NCBI GenBank assembly: GCA_045640925.1
Contig: JAZUFY010000155.1
Location: 1 to 46,255, forward strand
Direction: 5' to 3'
DNA length: 46,255 nt
Source of the DNA: Bacteroidales bacterium
Lineage (GTDB): Bacteria; Bacteroidota; Bacteroidia; Bacteroidales; P3
A program made the translations under genes and the position numbers. Below are positions 36,393-44,376 of the stretch, in pieces; position 1 is the stretch's first letter, and each line of letters starts with the position of its first letter. The notes beneath the pieces are model-generated. The model worked only from the letters and a program-made list of their open reading frames with translations. It ran no database searches and was not told the origin of the DNA.

Positions 36393-36400
36393 CAAAATTA
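36393..36400 (-). promoter_or_regulatory. -7 box TAATTTTG for the small lipoprotein gene
   Basis: The reverse complement of caaaatta at 36393-36400. Confidence 0.55.
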
Positions 36401-36589
36401 CTACATTTTTTTCATATAATCAACTTTTTCTTTCGTTTTTTCCAACTATTTTGTGTTGATAGCAGGAGAGGGGATTTCTTAAAATTGTTTAACATCGAGA
36501 ATCGCTTATTTGCAACTCGGTTGAATAACGATGCGAAATATCAAAAAACACCTTTCCACGTCACACAAACAGTCATAAAAATGTGTTTA

Positions 36590-36985
36590 ATTTTGTAAAA
36601 CACCATTACTTTACAAGTATAAATACAATTGTAAATTATGAAACATTTGTAATATATTACATCTGTAACGTAAGGAATTTTGTAACATTGTTAAATGATT
36701 ATTAATTGCACAATACTATATATCACAAATTAATTAAAATCAGCGGTTTAAGCATTATTATATAAATGATTGATAAAGATATATCGGCTTATTTCATCAA
36801 TATTGTATATTCAGTTTTAAAGTATATGTAATTTATTGAAATACATTATATAAACGTATCATATTGTATTCAATACTTTAATCATTGAATAGATTACAAT
36901 TGTAAATGATAAAAATAATTTATAAATATATCAAATATTTTTCGTACTTTTGCATTTTGTAAAACAAGGATTACAATATTAAATC
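36590..36985 (+). promoter_or_regulatory. AT-rich control region with duplicated operator-like sites upstream of the HTH gene
   Basis: TACAATTGTAAAT at 36624-36636 and 36895-36907, built on the palindromic core TACAATTGTA. TTTTGTAAAACA at 36591-36602 and 36955-36966. There are about ten TGTAA/TTACA half-sites. The -7 box TACTTTTG is at 36945-36952. Confidence 0.5.
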
Positions 36986-37642
36986 ATGATAGATAGGATC
37001 AATCTGCTGTTAAAGGCCAAGAATATTTCGGCACGACAGTTTGCCGAGGAGATAGGGATTCAACCCAGCGGGATGTCGCACATCCTGTCGGGGCGTAACA
37101 ATCCGAGTTTGGATTTTGTGATGAAGGTGGTGCGGAGGTGGCCAGAGGTGAACATCAACTGGCTGATGTTTGGCAAAGGCGAGATGTTTGCAGGTGCCCC
37201 GCTGAATGTTGCGCCTGTCGCCCCAACGCCTGTAGCCACCACACCAATGCCTGCGGCACCTTCCACACCTCAGCAGCAGCGTGAGGCCGAACCCGACCTC
37301 TTTTCGCAACCCGAAGAAATTGTGGAGCAGCCCCCTGTGGAGGTTCCCCAATATGTGGCACCAGCTGTGCCTCAACCACAGCCACAACCTCAGATTCAAC
37401 CTCAGCCACAACCTCAACCCGTGGTTGCTCCTATAGTAGAACCCCAACCTCAGATTCAGCCCTCAGTTCAACCTCAACCTCAACCTCAACCTCAGCCGAA
37501 AGTCCAACCGCAGGAGAATCGCATATACGAGAGCCCCGAGGCGGTTGTAGAGCCACAGCCGATTGTGGCGAAGCAGAAGAAGATGGTGAAGATGATCATC
37601 GTTTACGACGACCACACCTTTTCGGAGTACTATCCCGAATAG
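36986..37642 (+). CDS. XRE-family helix-turn-helix protein with a Pro/Gln-rich repeat linker
   Basis: N-terminal HTH ISARQFAEEIGIQPSGMSHILSGRNNPSLDFVMKV. Central PQPQPQIQPQPQPQP...QPQPQPQPQP. Conserved-looking C-terminal end MVKMIIVYDDHTFSEYYPE. Confidence 0.85.
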   Translation: MIDRINLLLKAKNISARQFAEEIGIQPSGMSHILSGRNNPSLDFVMKVVRRWPEVNINWLMFGKGEMFAGAPLNVAPVAPTPVATTPMPAAPSTPQQQREAEPDLFSQPEEIVEQPPVEVPQYVAPAVPQPQPQPQIQPQPQPQPVVAPIVEPQPQIQPSVQPQPQPQPQPKVQPQENRIYESPEAVVEPQPIVAKQKKMVKMIIVYDDHTFSEYYPE

Positions 37643-37660
37643 CGTAAATCGAGCATAAAG

Positions 37661-37691
37661 AGAGAGAGGCGCCTTTTCGGGCACCTCTCTC
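37661..37691. terminator. Bidirectional hairpin terminator between convergent genes
   Basis: agagagaggcgcc / ttttc / gggcacctctctc, a stem of about 12 bp with one mismatch, followed by gtttgttgt on the + strand. Confidence 0.65.
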
Positions 37692-37717
37692 GTTTGTTGT
37701 ATCCAAGTTTTTTTGTG

Positions 37718-38683
37718 TCAGTCGGAGTATTCGGGTATTTCGAGCAGTTTGAGGGCATCGGCGAAATAGCTCATGGCGGTGAGGGGGGCGTAGTAGTTGA
37801 CGATGGCCAGCTTGGGGTGCTCGGCTTGGATGCGGGCGATTTCGGCATCGATTGTCTCGGCTATGGGCAGCTGCTCGGTGAGGCGTATCTGCATGGCCTG
37901 CTGAACGGCGGCAATGTAGGCTTCGCCAATCTCGCCAAAATACTGCACCAGGAGCTTGGTGTGGGCGGAACCCTCGGCTGTGGCGAGTTTCTCGGCATAA
38001 TTCTTATAGATGGTGCGGGCGTTGTTGTCAAAAGCTTCGAACACAGCATCTGCCTTATTGCCAGCAGCATCCCACTGGTCGATGGTGGGTTGGAGGGGCT
38101 CCATGTATTTGGCCAGCTCGGTGGCGTTCTCCATTACGGCGGCTTCCTGACGACCGCTTTGGTAGTAAGCCATCATGTAGGCCTGCTGCTCCTCTTCGGT
38201 CATGTTTTCGAGCTGCTTCAGCTCCTCTTCGGTGAGGCCCGTGGCGGAGGACACATAGTTCATGGCCATGTTTGTCACTTCGGCGCTGTCGGCATTTGCG
38301 TAGCGCAGGGTGGAGGCACGTGCGGAGAGGGATGCCACCTGCATGTAGAACATACTCACGGGGTTGCCGATAAGTTGGAAGGTCTTTTCGTCGAGTTTGG
38401 CGGAGTGGTATTTCTTGAGCTGTTCGACGGTGGGCAGGGCGGGCATCTCCTGCATGATGGAGAGGTAGGTGTCGGGAGCCTCCGCCTCATCGGGAGTAGC
38501 GGCCTCAGCCTCGGTTGTGGTGTTCTTGTTGTTTTTGAGAGCGTTAGTGGCTGCGTCGGTAATTTTTTCGGAAGCCTTTTGAGCGGCTTTTTGGGCGGCT
38601 TTTTGAATCAGGTTGCCGAGTTGTGCCTGGGCAGGCATCATTCCTAAAAGCAGACACGCTGAGATGAAGATGATTTTTTTCAT
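37718..38683 (-). CDS. Hypothetical secreted alpha-helical protein
   Basis: 321 aa. Signal peptide MKKIIFISACLLLGMMPAQAQ. A/E/Q-rich. I recognised no motif. A TATCTTTG -7 box (reverse complement of 38710-38717) lies 26 nt upstream. Confidence 0.7.
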   Translation of the reverse strand: MKKIIFISACLLLGMMPAQAQLGNLIQKAAQKAAQKASEKITDAATNALKNNKNTTTEAEAATPDEAEAPDTYLSIMQEMPALPTVEQLKKYHSAKLDEKTFQLIGNPVSMFYMQVASLSARASTLRYANADSAEVTNMAMNYVSSATGLTEEELKQLENMTEEEQQAYMMAYYQSGRQEAAVMENATELAKYMEPLQPTIDQWDAAGNKADAVFEAFDNNARTIYKNYAEKLATAEGSAHTKLLVQYFGEIGEAYIAAVQQAMQIRLTEQLPIAETIDAEIARIQAEHPKLAIVNYYAPLTAMSYFADALKLLEIPEYSD

Positions 38684-38805
38684 GATTGGTGAGTCGTTAA
38701 ATTTTTTTGCAAAGATACAAAAAAGAAATCATATATAAAAAATAATGTGAGAAACTCTGTTGATAAGTTGTTGCACGAGGGCGGGTGCAAGTGGAAAAAA
38801 TGTTG

Positions 38806-38813
38806 TATCTTTG
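38806..38813 (+). promoter_or_regulatory. -7 box TATCTTTG for parC
   Basis: 17 nt upstream of ATG 38831. It is divergent from the -7 box at 38710-38717 on the minus strand. Confidence 0.55.
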
Positions 38814-38830
38814 CATTTTAAAACAATACT

Positions 38831-41500
38831 ATGGACGACGAGAACCGCACACCTGAAGAACAAGATGAGATAAGCAGCGGCAACATGCCGAAAGACAGCG
38901 AAGAAGAGAAGCCTTCGGAGGGCTCCACCATATCGTTGAACGGTATGTTTCGCGACTACTGGATTGACTATGCTTCGGACGTTATTTTGGACCGTTCGGT
39001 GCCCGACATCGACGATGGTTTGAAACCGGTGCAGCGTCGCATACTGCACGCGATGAAGGAAACCGACGACGGGCGTTTCACGAAAGTGGCCAACATTGTG
39101 GGCACCACGATGCTGTATCACCCCCACGGCGATGCCTCCATCAACGACGCTTTGGTCAACATGGGGCAGAAGAACCTGCTCATCGACTGCCAGGGTAACT
39201 GGGGCAACATACTCACAGGCGACGGAGCCGCTGCGGGACGTTACATCGAAGCACGCCTTTCGAAATTCGCCAAAGAGGTGGTTTTCAACGCCAAGACAAC
39301 GCAGTGGAAGCCCAGCTACGACGGCCGCAAACAGGAGCCCGTGTCGCTTCCCATCAAGTTTCCGCTGTTGCTGGCACAAGGCACCAAGGGCATAGCCGTG
39401 ACCCTCACATCGGTGATACTGCCCTACAACTTCTGCGAGCTTATCGAGGCCTCTATCAACATCTTGCGTGACGAACCCTTCGTCATCTATCCCGATTTCC
39501 CGACAGGGGGACTTATCGATGTGTCGCGCTACAACGATGCCGCCGTGGGAGGCAGGTTGCGCATCCGTGCCAAGATGCACTACGACGAGAAACGCAAGGC
39601 CATAGTCATCACCGAGATACCCTACAGCATCACCACCGACGTGCTGATAGACAGCATTTTGAAAGCCAACGAAAAGGGCAAGATAAAGATCAAGAAGGTG
39701 GACGACAACACAGCCGCCGAGGTGGAGATAGTGTGCTACCTGCCCTCGGGCATATCGCCCGACCAGATGATGGACGCCCTGTACGCCTTCACCAACTGCC
39801 AGATAAGTTTCTCGCCACAGACATGTGTGATTGTGGACAACAAGCCTGTGTTCATGACCGCCAGCGAGATACTGAAACATTCCACTTTCCGCACCAAAGA
39901 CCTTCTGCGACAGGAACTTGAAATACAGCTGGCAGAATTGGAGGACAAGTGGCATTGGGTGTCGTTGGAGAAGATTTTCTTCGAGAAAGGCATCTACAAG
40001 ATATTGGAAAAGAAGAATTTTGACACTTGGGACGACCAGGTTACGGGCATTGAGCGAGGCTTTGACCCCTACCGCGAACTCTTACGCAAGGAGGTCACCC
40101 GCGACCATGTGCTGAAGCTGTGTGAGAAACCTGTTCGCAAGATTTCGAAATTCGACATCAAGAAAGCCGAGGAGGAGATTGCCAACATCGACATCAACAT
40201 TGAGGAAACCAAGAACCACCTGGCACACCTCACCGAATACGCCATCAACTATTTCCAACACATCCTCGAGACCTACGGCAAAGGACGCGAGCGCAAGACG
40301 GAGATACGCAACTTTGAGGACATACAGGCAGCCAATGTGGCTGTGGCCAACGAAAAGATGTATGTGAACATGGCTACAGGCTTCTGTGGCACAGGCCTCA
40401 AGAAAGAGGAGGGGGCGGAGTATGCCTTCGACTGCTCGAAGATGGACGACATCATCGTATTCCGCACCGACGGCACCATGCTGGTTACCAAAGTGCAGGA
40501 CAAAGTGTTTGTGGGTTCGCCCGCCTGCAAGGAGATACAGCATATCGGCGTTTTCCGCAAAAGGGACGACCGCACGGTTTACAACATGATTTACCGCGAC
40601 GGAGCCTTCGGGTATGTGTTTGTCAAACGCTTCTCGGTGATAGGCATCACACGCGACACCGAATACAACCTCACCAAAGGCACCAAGGGCACCAAGATAC
40701 TGTATTTCACCGCCAACCCTAACGGCGAGGCAGAGGTGGTGACCATACACCACGCCACCAAGGCCAAGCTCAAGAAAGTGAGCTTCGACTTCGACTTTGC
40801 CAAACTGGCCATCAAAGGACGCCAAGCCATGGGCAACATACTGACCCGCAACACGGTGCGCAACATCACCAAGAAAGGGGAGGGGGTGTCGACGCTGGAG
40901 GCTCGTGAGATATGGTTCGACCGCACGGTGATGCGCTTGAACGTGAACAACGCGGGCGAATCGTTGGGTTGCTTCTCGGGCAAAGACAAGGTGTTCACCC
41001 TCACACGGTCGGGATATATGCGTCTCACGGGACACGACCTGACCACCCATTTCGACGAGGATTTGATAGAGATACGCAAATACAACCGCCGTAACATCGT
41101 GAGCGTCATCTACCGCGAAGGATCCACAGGCAGCTACTACGTCAAGCGTTTCCAAGCCGAAGAGGAGAACGACAAGAAGCTGGCTTTCCTCGACGAAGGC
41201 GACACATTGGTGGATTTCAGCATGGACACCTTCCCGCATCTGCAGGTGAACTATGACGAAAACAGCGGCAAGAAAGTGCTTGTGGAAAAGATCAACATCG
41301 ACGAGTTCATAGCCGTGAAAGGCTACAAGGCCAAGGGCAAACGTATCACCACCAACGAGGTGAAAGCGTTTGTGTGGCTCACACCCGACCCTGAGCCGGA
41401 ACCCGACCCCGAGATTGAAGAAGAAGAAACTGAAGACCCCGACACCGAACCCAACGACCGCGAGGGTTTTGCCGAAGGCGTTCAGACAGAGATGTTTTAA
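38831..41500 (+). CDS. parC: DNA topoisomerase IV subunit A (type IIA topoisomerase A subunit)
   Basis: 889 aa. DGLKPVQRRILHAM; active-site Tyr context AAAGRYIEARLS. The ParC rather than GyrA call rests on the PVQRRIL-type N-terminus typical of Bacteroidota ParC. Acidic C-terminal tail. Confidence 0.8.
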   Translation: MDDENRTPEEQDEISSGNMPKDSEEEKPSEGSTISLNGMFRDYWIDYASDVILDRSVPDIDDGLKPVQRRILHAMKETDDGRFTKVANIVGTTMLYHPHGDASINDALVNMGQKNLLIDCQGNWGNILTGDGAAAGRYIEARLSKFAKEVVFNAKTTQWKPSYDGRKQEPVSLPIKFPLLLAQGTKGIAVTLTSVILPYNFCELIEASINILRDEPFVIYPDFPTGGLIDVSRYNDAAVGGRLRIRAKMHYDEKRKAIVITEIPYSITTDVLIDSILKANEKGKIKIKKVDDNTAAEVEIVCYLPSGISPDQMMDALYAFTNCQISFSPQTCVIVDNKPVFMTASEILKHSTFRTKDLLRQELEIQLAELEDKWHWVSLEKIFFEKGIYKILEKKNFDTWDDQVTGIERGFDPYRELLRKEVTRDHVLKLCEKPVRKISKFDIKKAEEEIANIDINIEETKNHLAHLTEYAINYFQHILETYGKGRERKTEIRNFEDIQAANVAVANEKMYVNMATGFCGTGLKKEEGAEYAFDCSKMDDIIVFRTDGTMLVTKVQDKVFVGSPACKEIQHIGVFRKRDDRTVYNMIYRDGAFGYVFVKRFSVIGITRDTEYNLTKGTKGTKILYFTANPNGEAEVVTIHHATKAKLKKVSFDFDFAKLAIKGRQAMGNILTRNTVRNITKKGEGVSTLEAREIWFDRTVMRLNVNNAGESLGCFSGKDKVFTLTRSGYMRLTGHDLTTHFDEDLIEIRKYNRRNIVSVIYREGSTGSYYVKRFQAEEENDKKLAFLDEGDTLVDFSMDTFPHLQVNYDENSGKKVLVEKINIDEFIAVKGYKAKGKRITTNEVKAFVWLTPDPEPEPDPEIEEEETEDPDTEPNDREGFAEGVQTEMF

Positions 41501-41526
41501 TAATGATACTTGAACAATTACTATAA

Positions 41527-42705
41527 ATGAAAATATTAGTCGTATTACCCCGATTCCCCTATCCGCTGGAGAAAGGCGACAAACTGAGGGCCTTCAACCA
41601 GATTAAAGAACTGTCGTCACGCAACGATGTGTACCTCTTCTGCGTGTCGCATTGCAAGGTGCTGCCCCAGCATATCGAAGCCGTGAAACCCTATTGCCGA
41701 GAGATATGCATGGTGAAATCGCCCAAGCTGGTGAATTACAAGAACGTGTTGCGTAATTATTTTTCCACCAAGTCGTTACAAATAGGTTATTGGGATTCGC
41801 ACAAGGCCCGCAAAGCCTTCAAAGCTTTTGAGAAGGCGGTCAACCCCGACGTGATTTACAGTCAGATGGTGCGCACGATGACGTGGGTGAGCCATTCGCC
41901 ACACCCCAAGGTGATGGATTTCCAAGATGCTTTGTCGATGAACACCGAGCGCCGTATGGAGCACTCGCACGGCTTGTGGCACTATATCCTCCATTTCGAA
42001 TTCAAGATGTTGCGATCGAGCGAATACAACTCTTTCAAGATATTCGATGCGCTGACAATCATATCCGAACCCGACAGCGATGCCATACCCCACAAACGCA
42101 ACGGCGACATATTCATTGTGCCCAACGGGGTGGATTTCGATTATTTCAAACCGATGGAGCGCGAGAAGAAATACGACGTGGTTTTCTGCGGCAATATGCG
42201 TTACGAACCCAACATCCGTGCGGCACAATTTTTGGCCAAAGAGGTGATGCCCTTGGTGTGGAAAGAATGTCCACAAGCGACGCTGCTGCTTGCAGGTGCT
42301 TACCCCAAGCACAACATCAGCAGTTTGGCCAACGAACGTATCACCGTGTCGGGATTTGTTGACGATATTCGCGAGTGCTATGCCTCGGCACGAATCTTTG
42401 TGGCACCGATGCAGACAGGGTCGGGTTTGCAGAACAAACTGCTGGAAGCCATGGCTATGCGTATGCCGTGTGTGACGACCGACATTGCTAACGACTCGCT
42501 CCATGCCGAAGATGAAAAGGAGATACTGGTAGGCAACACCCCACAGCAATTGGCCGACCATATCGTCGACTTGCTGCTCAACGAAAAACAATGTCAAGAG
42601 GTTGCATCCAACGGATATGAGTTTGTCCGCAACAACTATAGTTGGGAAAAATCGGGTCTTTTGTTGGAGAAAATACTCCATGACGCTTGCGGCAAGAAAG
42701 TATGA
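41527..42705 (+). CDS. Glycosyltransferase, GT4-like (GT-B fold)
   Basis: 392 aa. C-terminal E-x7-E-like region GSGLQNKLLEAMAMRMPCVTT. Confidence 0.8.
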   Translation: MKILVVLPRFPYPLEKGDKLRAFNQIKELSSRNDVYLFCVSHCKVLPQHIEAVKPYCREICMVKSPKLVNYKNVLRNYFSTKSLQIGYWDSHKARKAFKAFEKAVNPDVIYSQMVRTMTWVSHSPHPKVMDFQDALSMNTERRMEHSHGLWHYILHFEFKMLRSSEYNSFKIFDALTIISEPDSDAIPHKRNGDIFIVPNGVDFDYFKPMEREKKYDVVFCGNMRYEPNIRAAQFLAKEVMPLVWKECPQATLLLAGAYPKHNISSLANERITVSGFVDDIRECYASARIFVAPMQTGSGLQNKLLEAMAMRMPCVTTDIANDSLHAEDEKEILVGNTPQQLADHIVDLLLNEKQCQEVASNGYEFVRNNYSWEKSGLLLEKILHDACGKKV

Positions 42706-44006
42706 GCTGGAAACCAAACAATCACGGCAAATGGAAGAGCCCTACAGGGGCTTGGGAGGCAGAAGGGTTGCCACAAAAACGCCCTACGCCTCAGGAACGC
42801 AACACATTCAGCACCGACGTGGTGCCTGAGAAGGCGATACTGGTAAGTGTTTGTGCCAGTGGCACAACGATGGAACGCACAGAAGAATGTCTCAATGAGC
42901 TGGCATTCCTGCTCGACACAGCAGGAGGCATACCGGTAAAACAGGTGGTGCAGAAATTGGAGCGTCCCGACCCTCGAACATACGTCGGTAGTGGCAAGTT
43001 GGAGGAGATAAAAGAATACAAGAATGCGTTGGATGCCGACTTTTTGGTGTTTGACGACGAACTGTCGCCTGCCCAGTTGCGCAACCTTGAGAAAGAGTTT
43101 GGCTGCCGTATCCTTGACCGAACCACCCTCATCCTCGACATCTTTGCCAAACGAGCACGCACCAGTATAGCCAAGACGCAGGTGGAGCTGGCACAACTGC
43201 AATATATGCTGCCGAGACTTACCCGCATGTGGACACACTTGGAGCGACAACGAGGCGGTATAGGTATGCGAGGCCCTGGCGAGACACAGATTGAAACCGA
43301 CCGCCGACTCATCACCGAGAAGATTGCCTTGCTGAAAGAGAAACTCCAAGCCATAGACAAGCAGAAAGTTTTGCAACGAAAGAACAGAGAAAGTCTTGTG
43401 CGTGTGGCACTTGTTGGCTACACCAACGTGGGCAAGTCTACCTTGATGAACCTCCTCAGCAAGAGCGATGTCTTTGCCGAAAACAAGCTTTTCGCCACCC
43501 TCGACACAACGGTTCGCAAAGTGGTGCTCGGCAATCTGCCTTTCTTGCTCACCGATACGGTAGGGTTTATACGCAAACTGCCTCACGGCCTTGTGGAGTC
43601 GTTCAAATCGACGTTGGACGAGGTGTGTGAAGCCGACATACTGATGCACGTTGTGGACATCTCGCACCCCGATTACGAGGAACAAATCAACGCCGTGAAC
43701 AAAACGTTGGAAGAGATTGGAGCCAACGACAAGCCTACCATATTGGTATTTAACAAGATTGATGCCTACACCTATATCGAAAAAGAAGCCGACGACCTAA
43801 CACCGATGACCAAGGCGAACTGGACATTGGAGATGTTGCAGGATTCGTGGATGTCGAAGATGCAAGCAGGCAAATCCGACGATAACAAAGTAATCTTTAT
43901 TAGTGCTGCCGACCGCCAAAACATCGAGGCCCTCCGCGACATGATGTATAACGAAATCAAGAAGATACACGCCATCCGCTATCCTTACAACAATTTCCTA
44001 TACTGA
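42702..44006 (+). CDS. hflX: GTPase HflX
   Basis: The start at ATG 42702 overlaps the upstream TGA (ATGA). G1 GYTNVGKSTLMN, G3 DTVGF, G4 NKID. Has the HflX N-terminal domain (GSGKLEEIK). Confidence 0.9.
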   Translation: MSWKPNNHGKWKSPTGAWEAEGLPQKRPTPQERNTFSTDVVPEKAILVSVCASGTTMERTEECLNELAFLLDTAGGIPVKQVVQKLERPDPRTYVGSGKLEEIKEYKNALDADFLVFDDELSPAQLRNLEKEFGCRILDRTTLILDIFAKRARTSIAKTQVELAQLQYMLPRLTRMWTHLERQRGGIGMRGPGETQIETDRRLITEKIALLKEKLQAIDKQKVLQRKNRESLVRVALVGYTNVGKSTLMNLLSKSDVFAENKLFATLDTTVRKVVLGNLPFLLTDTVGFIRKLPHGLVESFKSTLDEVCEADILMHVVDISHPDYEEQINAVNKTLEEIGANDKPTILVFNKIDAYTYIEKEADDLTPMTKANWTLEMLQDSWMSKMQAGKSDDNKVIFISAADRQNIEALRDMMYNEIKKIHAIRYPYNNFLY

Positions 44007-44308
44007 TGACTCTATACTTTGAAGGAATAATAATTGCTGTCGCAACATTTCTTATAATAGGCTTGTTTCATCCCATTGTGATTAAATCCGAGTATTATTG
44101 GGGTGTGAGATGTTGGCCACTTTTCGCCGTAGTGGGTGTGGCATTGCTGGCTGTGTCGTTGTTTGTCTCCAACGTGTTGTTAGCCGCCATCATAGGTGTG
44201 GCGGGATGCTCCTCGCTATGGAGCATTTTGGAGTTGTTCCAGCAACGCAAACGAGTGCGTAAAGGCTGGTTCCCCAAGAACCCGAAACGCAAAGACGAGA
44301 ACCAATAG
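44006..44308 (+). CDS. Small membrane protein (DUF4491-like)
   Basis: 100 aa, three predicted TM helices. A TGATG overlap with the hflX stop suggests translational coupling. Confidence 0.65.
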   Translation: MTLYFEGIIIAVATFLIIGLFHPIVIKSEYYWGVRCWPLFAVVGVALLAVSLFVSNVLLAAIIGVAGCSSLWSILELFQQRKRVRKGWFPKNPKRKDENQ

Positions 44309-44376
44309 CACAATGGCACGGTACAAATGTTGTCTCAACCTTGAAAAGGTTGTGGGCAAGTGGGTGACGGAAAATG

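Noticed and set aside
36480-36985. A chromosomal oriC in the AT-rich region.
   Set aside because: I saw no DnaA-box (TTATCCACA or its complement) cluster, and neither dnaA nor dnaN is adjacent. The repeated words are palindromic and operator-like, and sit directly upstream of an HTH gene.
44309-44376. Hairpin caacctt-gaaa-aaggttg between the convergent DUF4491 and uvrC genes, as an intrinsic terminator.
   Set aside because: The stem is only 7 bp and has no flanking U/A tract on either strand. That is too weak to call.
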